DNA of 33,958 nucleotides, from positions 1 to 33,958 of the forward strand of contig JAQGDQ010001578.1 of the NCBI GenBank assembly GCA_030141605.1, read 5' to 3'. Position numbers and translations under genes: made by a program. Origin of the DNA: Tubiluchus corallicola. Its lineage: Eukaryota > Animalia > Priapulida. Shown here piece after piece: positions 1 through 10,300 of this stretch. The notes under the pieces were generated by a model. It was not told where the DNA came from. It saw only the letters and a list, made by a program, of their open reading frames with translations, and did no database searches. Numbering within the stretch: the first letter of the stretch is position 1; each line of letters begins with the position of its first letter.

Positions 1-604
1 ATTTTAAATCAAAGCTTAGATTAAATAATAATTACCTCGGTTAGTCAAATTTTGTTAAACTTTCAAAGCTACGCGTGGCTCAGTGAATCTACTAAGATTG
101 GCAACGGCGCCTTTTTGTCACATTCGAGTGGCCGACAAATAGAAGTTGGTACCGTGATAAGCATGATCATGAATTGCAGTGTTAGTTTCGGACGTCTTGT
201 GATGTAGAGCCCGTTTTTCATAAGATCATGCGTTTAAACAATACTGTAACTGTTATGCAAATGTGCTTGACGTGCAAGGGAAGACGCCTGCCATTGCACA
301 AACTGTGGTTAGTTTCTGACGTAAGCAATAGCTGTGTTCGGTTGCCGTTAATTAACTTTCTAAGCTAATTATTCAAATATAAGAAACAATTGCTAACTTT
401 TATAGACAAGAAATGTATATTCTGGACAGCAAATTAAAATGAGATTGCGTCTAAACAATCGTCCGGTTTTCCTTTAAGCAAAACTTTCACGCGCTATTTT
501 TTACCACACTTGGTTATGCTTGTAGTTAAAAAACCTCTTGGTCGGCTGAGGGTTGAAAGATGCTTCCGCTACATTAATACAGCGTTACTGCTAACGTAAA
601 CTCT
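1..604 (+). repeat. Left arm of a long inverted repeat (pairs with 2160-2764); probably continues left of the window
   Basis: 1-604 is the reverse complement of 2160-2764 (ATTTTAAATCAAAGCTTAG at 1 vs CTAAGCTTTGATTTAAAAT ending at 2764). 1-360 looks identical by eye. Confidence 0.97.
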
Positions 605-2159
605 GGCAGACACCTCATTATAGATGTCCATAAGAAATAAGTATTACAGGGAAGCTGTGATCACCTCATTATTATAATGTTATATTTTTGCAAATAAAAA
701 GAACCGATTTTTGTGTTTATTTGAATCGTTTTTCGTGTGAAAGTAGCTTAATTTTATGGAAAAATGAACAGAACGTGCGATGGTGAATTCAAGCAAACTT
801 TCGTGCTTCTTCTTGGATTATTATAGCCTTTATAATCAGCTTAATAATGCGCAAGGAGAGGTTAACCAATCTTACCTGAAGCAGCTTTCTGAGAATTTTC
901 TGATGTGCTAAAGAAAAATCGGACTCAATCTTAAATTGTAGGTAAAAACAATCTACTCTTTAAAATATTAAAAGGAAACGTACTATTTTTTTAGTACAAC
1001 GAAAGGGGTACCTGAAGTAGGTTTCACAAAAATCACCTTAAAAATTATATCACTTTATAGCAATATGTGCGCATATCGTACTTTATTTTTGATCGTCTGC
1101 ACTACGTCACAACTGAACATCTGATTTGAGTGGCACAGCAGCTGTCTTTTTTGCAACGCATTTACGAAATGCAGGCGCTAGTGCCCATCTAACTGCGAAC
1201 GCCGAAATACATGTAATTGCTGACTACAATATTTTATTGAGTAGCACTGAGCTTCAGTTTAAAGCAAAACCAGACCCAATCTTAAACTGTAGGTCAAAAC
1301 AATCTACTCATTAAAATATTGAAAGAAAACATACTATTTTTTCAAAAATGACTTACGTGAAACAATTATTACCACACAAACACAATTTCACGTTCGCGCC
1401 ACTAGTTCTTCGCTGTTACATGCATTTCACCATTCGCTAGTTAGACGGGCACTGGCGCCTGCATTTCGGAAACGCATTGCACAAGAACAGACGCTGTACC
1501 TCTCAGTTTAGATGTGTTAGTTTGTGACGAACTACACACGTTCGACCGCTCATGCGTGAGGACAGCGGTAAATTTGAAATTTGAATTTTTATCTCAAAAC
1601 TTGCCTAGTTTTAGTACAACACACTGAATATCTCACAGTTGCACTGCACTTCAATTTTCTCTTTCACAAACACGTGCAACACGCTCGTGGTATATTTCTG
1701 CTATTTAAAATTATGTTAGTTTGTGATGTCATCAATAGTTGGATTCGCCCGTCTTAAGTTTCTAATCTATTATGTAATTATGAGAAACGCTTTTGCAGTA
1801 TTAATTGTGTTAAAATGTATTGTTTTTATCGGCCTTGAAATTGTCGTAGTATATGAAAAATCATTCTGTCTCTCTTTAACGTCCCTTATCGCTGCGCTAA
1901 TGGCTTCAGAAGCCAATTCACAATTCCTTCCGTGGAGAGTAAAACGTGTCAATTGACGCTGTGTGAATTAAATTGTTCCTTTTGCTTCCTTCTCTTGCCA
2001 AAGGAGGCAGGAGATTAGAGGGACAGAATCCGATTACCAACCCAAAATCGATCGCAAATTGTTTTGTCGTAAAGCATAAGAAAGCTCTTTTCGTAAACAA
2101 AGAATTAAAAATAATCGACCTGAAATTTTGTATTTCTTACAGGATTTCTTATTGTGCAG

Positions 2160-2840
2160 AGAGTTTACGTAAGCAGTAACGCTGTATTAATGTAGCGGAA
2201 GCGTCTTTCAACCCTCAGCCGACCAAGAGGTTTTTTAACTACAAGCAAAACCAAGTGTGGTAAAAAATAGCGCGTGAAAGTTTTGCTTAAAGAAAGACCA
2301 GACGATTGCTTAGACTCAATCTCATTTTAATTTACTGTCCAAAATATACATTTTCTTGCCTATAAAAGTTAACAATTGTTTCTTATATTTACATAATTAG
2401 CTTTGAAAGTTAATTAACGGCAACCGAACACAGCTATTGCTTACGTCAGAAACTAACCACAGTTTGTGCAATGGCAGGCGTCTTCCCTTGCACGTCAAGC
2501 ACATTTGCATAACAGTTACAGTATTGTTTAAACGCATGATCTTATGAAAAACGGGCTCTACATCACAAGACGTCCGAAACTAACACTGCAATTCATGATC
2601 ATGCTTATCACGGTACCAACTTCTATTTGTCGGCCACTCGAATGTGACAAAAAGGCGCCGTTGCCAATCTTAGTAGATTCACTGAGCCACGCGTAGCTTT
2701 GAAAGTTTAACAAAATTTGACTAACCGAGGTAATTATTATTTAATCTAAGCTTTGATTTAAAATAAGCTATTGTAGTTTTTAATATTTTAGAGCATTCTT
2801 TGTTCTGAACTCGTGTTTACACAATTATCACGTTTTCCTT
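2160..2840 (-). repeat. Right arm of the long inverted repeat
   Basis: 2160-2764 pairs with 1-604. 2765-2840 matches the start of the diverged family copy at about 22050, so the arm is longer than the part paired inside the window. Confidence 0.92.
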
Positions 2841-3244
2841 TAATATGTGCTACTTACTGGACAGAATGACAAACTGGTATTCGAGGTGCTTCTATTAGTA
2901 CAAAACCAAGTTCTGCGTCAAGTTGAGAGCACTAAGGATAAAAAGAGGTCTTCCATCATTGTTCTACATTATTTATAGTGTCTTGTGACAATTCTTGTAA
3001 TACTCCTGTAATACCGTACCAAGTCCAAAACACTGACTGCAATGAACGGGTTCAGCGTTACTTTACCCGCAGGCTCTTTGATCGGCACCAGTTAGGGCAC
3101 ACTCCATATATGAGTAGTCTAGTTGAAGCTGGTTTGCAGTCACTTGAAATGATGCGCATTATTTTTGATTTAAAAATCGCGTAAATGATCTTGCATAAAC
3201 TGGTAGATTTAAATTTTGAAGATTTTTTCACTTTTCTTACCACC

Positions 3245-3592
3245 TGTTGTGGAGATCCACTAGGATTAAATAGAACGTTGTAGAATGTTCTATAGTATAG
3301 TAGAACAATCGTCTTACCTTGTAGAAGTTTCTAGAACTTTCTATTTCTCCGTTGCACTGATATATAAGGTGGAGCTGGCCGCTGAAGTTTATTCTCTCAC
3401 ATTCTCTCGTATCCTTATATTCTCAGATACGTTTTCCCGCTTCCACGTTTCCAGATTATCACATTTACTGTAAACATTTCGCGTTCCTTCATACTTTTGT
3501 GTTGTAGAATTCATGCATAATAAACTAGTTTAATTTGACGACGTGTTTTCTGGCTTTCGCCACGAGCCTTCCGAGAGAAACAAAACACAACA
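3245..3592 (+). mobile_element. Solo LTR (348 bp)
   Basis: Perfect 7-bp inverted termini TGTTGTG...CACAACA; flanks CCACC/TCACC (5-bp TSD with 1 mismatch); TATATAA at 3361; AATAAA at 3519-3524. Confidence 0.85.
3271..3343 (+). promoter_or_regulatory. Heat-shock elements (nGAAn inverted arrays) in the LTR U3 region
   Basis: GAAgtTTCtaGAActTTC at 3324-3341 is a perfect 4-unit HSE; GAAcgTTGtaGAAtgTTC at 3273-3290 has one mismatch. The perfect HSE ends about 20 bp upstream of the TATA box. Confidence 0.7.
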
Positions 3593-3836
3593 TCACCACA
3601 CATTTAAGAGGACATAACTATTAACTTTTTTTCAATTATTCTACGTTGAACTTGAATAAACACGATTTTTCAAACATAATTTTTAGTATACGGAATGACC
3701 TCCATTATGACATTGTCAATTCAGCCTGTCAGTTTTTAGTAAGAAGCCAGTCGAAACTTTTTTTTAAAAATATTGCAAATTTAGTTAATTTCTATAAAAC
3801 ATTATTACCCTAGTTCAATGATGTCTCCCAATTTTG

Positions 3837-3983
3837 ATAAATTTACTTTTGCATATATGTAATATGTTTTACATATATTTACATTTGCATATTTACATAA
3901 ATTTACATTTTGCATATATGTAATATGTTTCACATATATTTACATTTACATATTTACATAAATTTACATTTTGCATATATGTT
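3837..3983. repeat. AT-rich tandem repeat, about 60-bp unit x2.4
   Basis: ATAAATTTAC(A)TTTTGCATATATGT recurs at about 3837, 3897 and 3958. Confidence 0.85.
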
Positions 3984-4156
3984 ATTGAGTTTTTATTTTT
4001 TTCGTATTTTTAATGTAAGTAATGTAAATTTTTTCCAATTTAAACTGATAAACCCATTTCACAGTATAGTCTGCGAATATGCTGAACTGCCCTCCGCTCA
4101 TAGGGGAGGCAGGACGGATGGCACCGCGCCCCACACCGTGTGGGAGGTCTTAATTA

Positions 4157-4737
4157 TGTCATTCAACGCCTCACTCATAAACAAAGATTAAATAATAGAG
4201 TCAGTCGAAATGACAATTTATTATTGAATTTTACACGTTAAATAAGGAACGACCAGCTTACCTACAGGAAGAGAGTTTGCGAGAAAAGCCTGAGAAATGT
4301 GAACAGAGCTGCACATGCTACGAAAGACACGACCAGCTTACCTACAGGAACAGAGTTTGTGAGAAAAGCCTGAGAAATGTGAACAGAGCTGCACATGCTA
4401 CGAAAGACACGACCAGCTTACCTACAGGAAGAGAGTTTGCAAGAAAAGCCTGAGAAATGTAAACATAGCTGCACACTTTACGAAAGACACGACCACTGAC
4501 AAGGGTCTACAACAGACCTTCCCCTTTTTATAAGCTCAGGTGTGCACGTGACTAGTGGCTTTTACTAACACAAGGTCAGAATACGAGTCTCTGCTAGATA
4601 AAGCCACGTTCACATGCACACCTGAGAAGTCTATTGTATTCCACTGCTAGCATTACATTTCATTTCATCACAGCCCTGCAGTACAATACAATACATTTCA
4701 CCATACAATTACAAGCTAACATACCCCGCCAGTCACA
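4157..4737 (-). mobile_element. Probable solo LTR containing an 80-bp tandem repeat
   Basis: The minus strand reads TGTGAC (4737) ... TATAAAAA (4532-4525) ... 80-bp repeats ... AATAAA (4222-4217) ... TGACA (4157). No convincing TSD. Confidence 0.55.
4249..4495. repeat. Minisatellite, 80-bp unit x3
   Basis: ACGACCAGCTTACCTACAGGAA starts at 4249, 4329 and 4409, with a partial copy at 4489. Confidence 0.97.
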
Positions 4738-5169
4738 TTTTTTACAAAATTATGTGTCTTATAAATATTTTTAACAAAATAATCAAATAAATTATAACAC
4801 CCGCCATCTTTGTGCAGAGATAATTTCAGCGGTTCTCTGCCAAAACTCGTTTGTTCTCGAAGTTTCACGTTTCACACGTGTCAGTTTGTCTGAAGGATGA
4901 GGCAAATATCAGAACTGTAATTAACCAAGCATGGAAATCACATTTATTACAAGCTGCCATATTGCGCATGAAAATATGTCTGGATAAATGTACATTGCTG
5001 TCATGTTACCGGGATCACACTTTATCACTTCACCAAAATTTTAAGATTGTTTAACCAGAAAACACTTCAGAAGGCCAGGACGTAATAAGTAAGTTACAGA
5101 ATCGATTTTTAGACCGATAAAGATTTTGCGTCTTGCAAACAAATCTTTTGCTGGCGTCTGACCTTGACG

Positions 5170-5262
5170 CATTGGGTATTAGATGGCCAAAGAAAATTTC
5201 AAACAAAGATCTATATGAAAAAATAAAAGAAGAACCTTGGACAAGAAAAATAAAAAGAAAAA
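5170..5262 (+). mobile_element. RTE-clade LINE fragment (post-RT region)
   Basis: Translates to LGIRWPKKISNKDLYEKIKEEPWTRKIKR, similar to the peptide at 6747-7043 and to the RTE motif L.I.W...I.N..LY. Confidence 0.7.
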
Positions 5263-5425
5263 TAATAATAAATCACCTATCCGCTGCTGCTGCCCAAGAT
5301 GCATCCTCCCTCAAATCTAGAGTAGTATTCACTAAATCTTTGTGCAGTACCACGTCTATGAAATATATTTTTCATTTCACACATCAAAAAATACAATACC
5401 AAACACATTAATAAACTTTAAATAA

Positions 5426-6527
5426 AATAATTTGAGTAGTGCGAGGTGAGTGTACGACCATACGGTCATTAACACACTCACCTTACTTAAATGAAAAAAT
5501 GATTATAGTTATGCATGCTTCTGTAGATAACTTAATGTAAATAAGGATGAAGTAAATGATGTAATAATTTGAGTAGTGCGAGGTGAGTGTACGACCATAC
5601 GGTCATTAACACACTCACCTTACTTAAATGAAAAAATGATTATAGTTATGCATGCTTCTGTAGATAACTTAATGTAAATAAGGATGAAGTAAATGATGTA
5701 ATAATTTGAGTAGTGCGAGGTGAGTGTACGACCATACGGTCATTAACACACTCACCTTACTTAAATGAAAAAATGATTATAGTTATGCATGCTTCTGTAG
5801 ATAACTTAATGTAAATAAGGATGAAGTAAATGATGTAATAATTTGAGTAGTGCGAGGTGAGTGTACGACCATACGGTCATTAACACACTCACCTTACTTA
5901 AATGAAAAAATGATTATAGTTATGCATGCTTCTGTAGATAACTTAATGTAAATAAGGATGAAGTAAATGATGTAATAATTTGAGTAGTGCGAGGTGAGTG
6001 TACGACCATACGGTCATTAACACACTCACCTTACTTAAATGAAAAAATGATTATAGTTATGCATGCTTCTGTAGATAACTTAATGTAAATAAGGATGAAG
6101 TAAATGATGTAATAATTTGAGTAGTGCGAGGTGAGTGTACGACCATACGGTCATTAACACACTCACCTTACTTAAATGAAAAAATGATTATAGTTATGCA
6201 TGCTTCTGTAGATAACTTAATGTAAATAAGGATGAAGTAAATGATGTAATAATTTGAGTAGTGCGAGGTGAGTGTACGACCATACGGTCATTAACACATT
6301 CACCTTACATAAATGAAAAAATGATTATAGTTATGCATGCTTCTATAGATAACTTAATGTAAATAAGGATGAAGTAAATGATGTAATAATTTGAGTAGTG
6401 CGAGGTGAGTGTACGACCATACGGTCATTAACACACTCACCTTACTTAAATGAAAAAATGATTATAGTTATGCGTGCTTCTGTAGATAACTTAATGTAAA
6501 TAAGGATGAAGTAAATGATGTAATAAT
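5426..6527. repeat. Tandem array, 137-bp unit x8, near-identical, each unit carrying a stem-loop
   Basis: TTTGAGTAGTGCGAGG occurs at 5431, 5568, 5705 ... 6390. Each unit holds the hairpin AGGTGAGTGT-ac-GACC-atac-GGTC-attaac-ACACTCACCT. Confidence 0.98.
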
Positions 6528-6539
6528 AGCAATGGTATA

Positions 6540-6745
6540 AGAGCAATAAACCTGAAAGTTGAGAAAGGAAAACATAATATGTAATTACGACTTTGAGTGA
6601 GCCTTAAAGAGACAAATATTCTTTAAAACAGTTACGAATATGAATTATGTGATTATCTGTCATTGTACCACGTGCAGCACCATCACTAACTGACCCCCTT
6701 TCGGTTTTTTCTCTTAAAAGCTTTGCCATAAAAGATTTGTGTAAT
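6540..6745 (-). mobile_element. Degenerate 3' end of a CR1/L2-group LINE ORF2
   Basis: Frameshifted pieces DGAA/WYN...HIRNC...SL/KAHSK resemble the GA..WN.L...IRN..SL..FK..LK terminal motif seen intact at about 20570-20700. Confidence 0.4.
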
Positions 6746-6754
6746 ACTATAGGA

Positions 6755-7043
6755 AGAGGAAATTCTTGGGTTGTCTTAATCCATGTCCAATCCAATGCAA
6801 TCTTCTTACATTGATTTGTTTGCTCCAAGGATTCTTCTTTATCACATCGTACAGATCCTCATTGGTTATTCTGTCAGGCAGTTTAATTTCCAATAATTTT
6901 CTATAGAGACGTCTTTGAAAAGCATCAGTTTCCTTCTGTCGTAAGACTCTTATTGTCCATGGCTCAGCATTGTAAAAACACACAGGTTCAACTAAAGTTG
7001 ACAGGATCCGAACTTTGATTTCAAGAGATTCTTTTATTTTCAA
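6755..7043 (-). mobile_element. RTE-clade LINE fragment (C-terminal part of ORF)
   Basis: KVRILSTLVEPVCFYNAEPWT...DAFQRRLYRKLLEIKLPDRITNEDLY...RRLHWIGH is the typical RTE post-RT signature. Confidence 0.88.
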
Positions 7044-7600
7044 AACCGTTATTATGAGATTTGAATGTCCTTCGTTGTATATCGGCTTCGGTGTCTAAGT
7101 TACAAGATATTTACATTTACAAGAAAAGTCCATCATCATCATCATACGCCCGTCACGTCTATTGTAGAAATTGGGCAGGCAGAATTCTAAAAAAAAAGAA
7201 ATCTGCCTTCAGACAGGTAGACGCATCAGTAATCCAGCAAAAAAACTAGACACTGCTACGCCAGTGGCTTGTCAACACCACTTCCGGCCCGGAATATTTT
7301 ATTTTAACGGCAAGCGCGGAAATCTTGTTATTGAACTCTTGATAAGAAAGTAATTACTGTCCCATTTTGCTATTTTTTACCTGGCATTAATGCAACTTGA
7401 GGCAAAATCTCACTGAAGTGTTAGCGACGAGTTAAGACAGAAACGTCTTAGAGAGAAATGAATATAGATTTGTTGAATAGCCGATAATAAAGCTAATTTG
7501 TGACGTTCAACAAAATGATGTCGTTGTTGCTATGGTGATAGAAAACGAAATTGAAAAATCTGAAATAAATACGAATTTGTTCCTCATTGCATCACCCTGA

Positions 7601-8398
7601 TGTGGAAGTTGTAATTGTACATTTTTAGGTGCTGCCATCTATGAACTAATTCTTTTACATTTTACTAGCTAAACTCACCCCCCGTATAATTGTACGGTCC
7701 AGTGAATGCACATTCACTGGATCTCTCCCTATTTTACAGTAATGGTTTTTGTGAAGCCAAGTTTGCATAATCACCTATACCTATATATACTGACTGGATT
7801 TTACTTTCTAGTCACTGTCTCACTCTCAGTGCAGTGCAGCAGTCGTGCTACACACCTGTCTAACTCACACTCTCAGTGCAGTGCAGCAGTCGTGCTACAC
7901 ACTGTCTAACTCACACTCTCAGTGCAGTGCAGCAGTCGTGCCACTGTCTAACTCACACTCTCAGTGCAGTGCAGCAGTCGTGCCACTGTCTAACTCACAC
8001 TCTCAGTGCAGTGCAGCAGTCGTCTTACTCACTGTCTAACTCACACTCTCAGTGCAGTGCAGCAGTCGTGATACACACTGTCTAACTCACACTCTCAGTG
8101 CAGTGCAGCAGTCGTGATACACACTGTCTAACTCACACTCTCAGTGCAGTGCAGCAGTCGTGATACACACTGTCTAACTCACACTTTCAGTGCAGTGCAG
8201 CAGTCGTGATACTCATGTTACTCTGTCTAACTCTCAGTGTTCAGTGCAGGACACTCTTGTTCTCAGTGTTCAGTGCAGCAGTCATTCTACATATGTGTAT
8301 GTAGTTTAATAAACACTTTTCAGTTTTGGGCAAATATGGAGTATAGTTTTTTTGTTCTACAAAGTGAGTGATCTACAACTTTAAACATGACTTTCACT
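7601..8398 (+). mobile_element. Solo LTR with an internal minisatellite (same family as 25674-26091)
   Basis: TGTGGAAGT...ACTTTCAC(T) termini; TATATATA at about 7782; AATAAA at about 8308; colinear with 25674-26091 outside the array. Confidence 0.85.
7816..8285. repeat. Minisatellite, about 43-47-bp unit x9-10
   Basis: CTGTCTAACTCACACTCTCAGTGCAGTGCAGCAGTCGTG is repeated; the sister LTR has one equivalent unit at about 25880-25925. Confidence 0.95.
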
Positions 8399-8554
8399 CC
8401 TTTACTAATGCTAACCAATCCTGACAACCATTCATGTGGTAAATTCCTTCTAGATCCTTCTAGCCTGAGCTCATCATTTAGCTCAAAGACAAAATAACAA
8501 AAATTGGAATTTTAGTCTTATGGGTAATGGAGAATAACGAGTTTTTTTCGCTAA

Positions 8555-8839
8555 GTAAACTCTCCAAGTAACTCACAAGCGTGTTCACACTAGAGAGCGA
8601 AACTTGGTGCGAGTTACTCTTTGATAATAAGCACGAGCTGACACTTCTTTCTCTATTCACCGGCAGAAATGTGGAGAGTAACTCACCGATGCATTCACAT
8701 CAGACAGTAAATCAACTCGTAGCAACTGTTGGAGAGTTTGCAATTTCTTGCCGACAGTAACTCGCAAAGTTGTTCACACTTGCGAATTTGCTGTCAGAGA
8801 GAAAACTCGTGACAGAAAATTAGCTGGTCTGAACACGCC
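8555..8839. mobile_element. MITE-like element (PIF/Harbinger-like terminus), inverted relative to 11480-12925
   Basis: Ends in GGTCTGAACACGCC (GGCGTGTTCAGACC on minus); internal TGTTCACACT repeats. The reverse complement of about 8640-8830 aligns with 11480-11650 and 12890-12925. Confidence 0.65.
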
Positions 8840-9013
8840 ATTGTGTTATAAAGTTAATCTTAATTTTTATTTTGAGAAAAAAACTGCCATGTGGGATGTT
8901 ATTGAACGCCAGTGAAAATCATGCGTGCGAACGCAACTTTATGCCTGCTATAGTTCCTGCAGTACAAAATCAAACATCTTCCCTAAATCTTACTAAAATT
9001 TAAAAAAAAAGTT

Positions 9014-9019
9014 TTTATT
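9014..9019 (-). terminator. Candidate polyadenylation signal of the two-exon gene
   Basis: AATAAA on the minus strand about 235 nt after the stop codon, followed by a T-run. Confidence 0.5.
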
Positions 9020-9254
9020 GCAAAGACACATTAACATCAACTCGAATGTAAATATAGTGTGAAAGAAGCAAAACTTCCATTCAGTAGGGATTAAAACAAA
9101 TACTAGTAATAGTAAAAGCAATAAATCTGTTGAAAATAATTAAATTGTTGTAAACAGTCTGGTCCTCGAAAGTCACACCGTTTTGTAGTTTCACCGCAAA
9201 AAGAACGTCAAATTTCATTTCTTTCTTCATGTCCGTCAAACACAGCTATTCGAG

Positions 9255-9711
9255 CTAAGATTTGACATTATTACCAGTTTTTGTTGGCCTTTCTACACGC
9301 TTGCACTCGCATTTCAACACCTCAAACCACATCCGATAGGTGTCGTCCCACTCGAGAGGGCATACTTCTATCCCCCTTGCAGGTATTGCTGAATGGAAGG
9401 TGTGGTTGGAATTAAAGCGGTGCACATAAAACGTCTTTCTGGCTTCTGCGTAGAGGATGCTTTCAGATGCTTGGTATTGCACGTCTATGAATTTGAAGCT
9501 GATGATGTCTGGTCTCTCGTTCCACTCCAGTAATTTTTCTGGTGTGCATTCTGGTTGTGGGGCAGCTGTCGTAGAGGTGGCATACGGGTTCGGTTTTGTA
9601 AATACGAATGGATTTTCTGGTGTGATTTGAATGTCAAAGTGATAGCCCGAGGCGACATAACCGGGTTTCTTCTTTCCACATGTCTTGCAGCAGGTATTTG
9701 AGCGTTTGATT
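9255..9711 (-). CDS. Exon 2 of a secreted Cys-rich precursor (furin site plus 7-Cys domain ending in CxC; possibly divergent TGF-beta/cystine-knot-like)
   Basis: Acceptor TTTTCCTTCTTACAG|A at 9712/9711 is phase-compatible with the exon 1 donor (AG|A = Arg). The frame is open to TAG and reads R-IKR-SNTCCKTC...VLKCECK...NVKS. The ORF-track part upstream of 9711 is intronic. Confidence 0.85.
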
Positions 9712-10300
9712 CTGTAAGAAGGAAAAATATCTGGGTCATATTTTATCAGATGACAATAGAGATGATTTAGATATATTACGACAATGTTCAATTTACTATG
9801 GCAGAGCAAATAAATTACTCACTGTTCAGTTAACTCACTGTTCAGTTAACGTGAAGAGACAATTATTTAATGTTTACTGCACTACTTTTTATTGTATGTC
9901 CACTTGGAGACATTTCTATTCTTACTATCTTAGCAAACTCAAGGCTGCATATAATGTATCAACACGGAAGCTGTTTAACTTTTCATATGATACGAGCGCA
10001 AGATATATTTCTACTAGACCTAATATTATTTATTTTGATTCACAGAAAATGTGCATACAGTTTATATGTCAGGCTGAATAACAGTGAAAATTTTATATGC
10101 AAGAACATTTTAAACAGTGATGCAAACTTTACTTCTGAAATTAGACGTCATTCGCGTAGTTTGTTATATAGTTAATTGTTATTTGTGTTATTGTTGTGTT
10201 TCATGATTTATTGTATTATTTGTATTAATTTGTGATGTGTTTATGAACTTTGCGAAGTTTGAAATAAAATTTTTAAATCTAAATCTAAATCTTCGCGTAC

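Larger units (their letters stand above)
1..2840. mobile_element. Foldback-like non-autonomous DNA element (long inverted arms, non-coding modular core)
   Basis: Long inverted arms, no credible ORF, an internal inverted pair (about 1104-1200 / 1433-1530), an internal direct duplication (about 921-990 / 1272-1342), and dispersed partial copies elsewhere in the window. Confidence 0.6.

Noticed and set aside
1126-2179. Short ORFs in the foldback core as a transposase
   Set aside because: All are under 80 aa with no DDE or DNA-binding motifs, and the dispersed copies carry indels.
2858-2931. Possible small minus-strand exon (CCTTAG|TGC...CCA|GTAAGT)
   Set aside because: The splice-like motifs are plausible, but the peptide (CSQLDAELGFVLIEAPRIPVCHSV) is unrecognisable and no partner exon was found.
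4116-4133. TGGGGCGCGGTGCCATCC on the minus strand as a tRNA primer-binding site
   Set aside because: It lies about 23 nt from the inferred LTR end, and its complement does not resemble a recognisable tRNA 3' end.
5426-6527. Hammerhead-ribozyme or retrozyme multimer, or CRISPR array
   Set aside because: No CUGANGA/GAAA core on either strand and no unique spacers.
9712-9809. N-terminal part of the 184-aa track ORF as a separate gene start
   Set aside because: It has a non-ATG start and lies upstream of a strong, phase-matched splice acceptor, so it is intronic.
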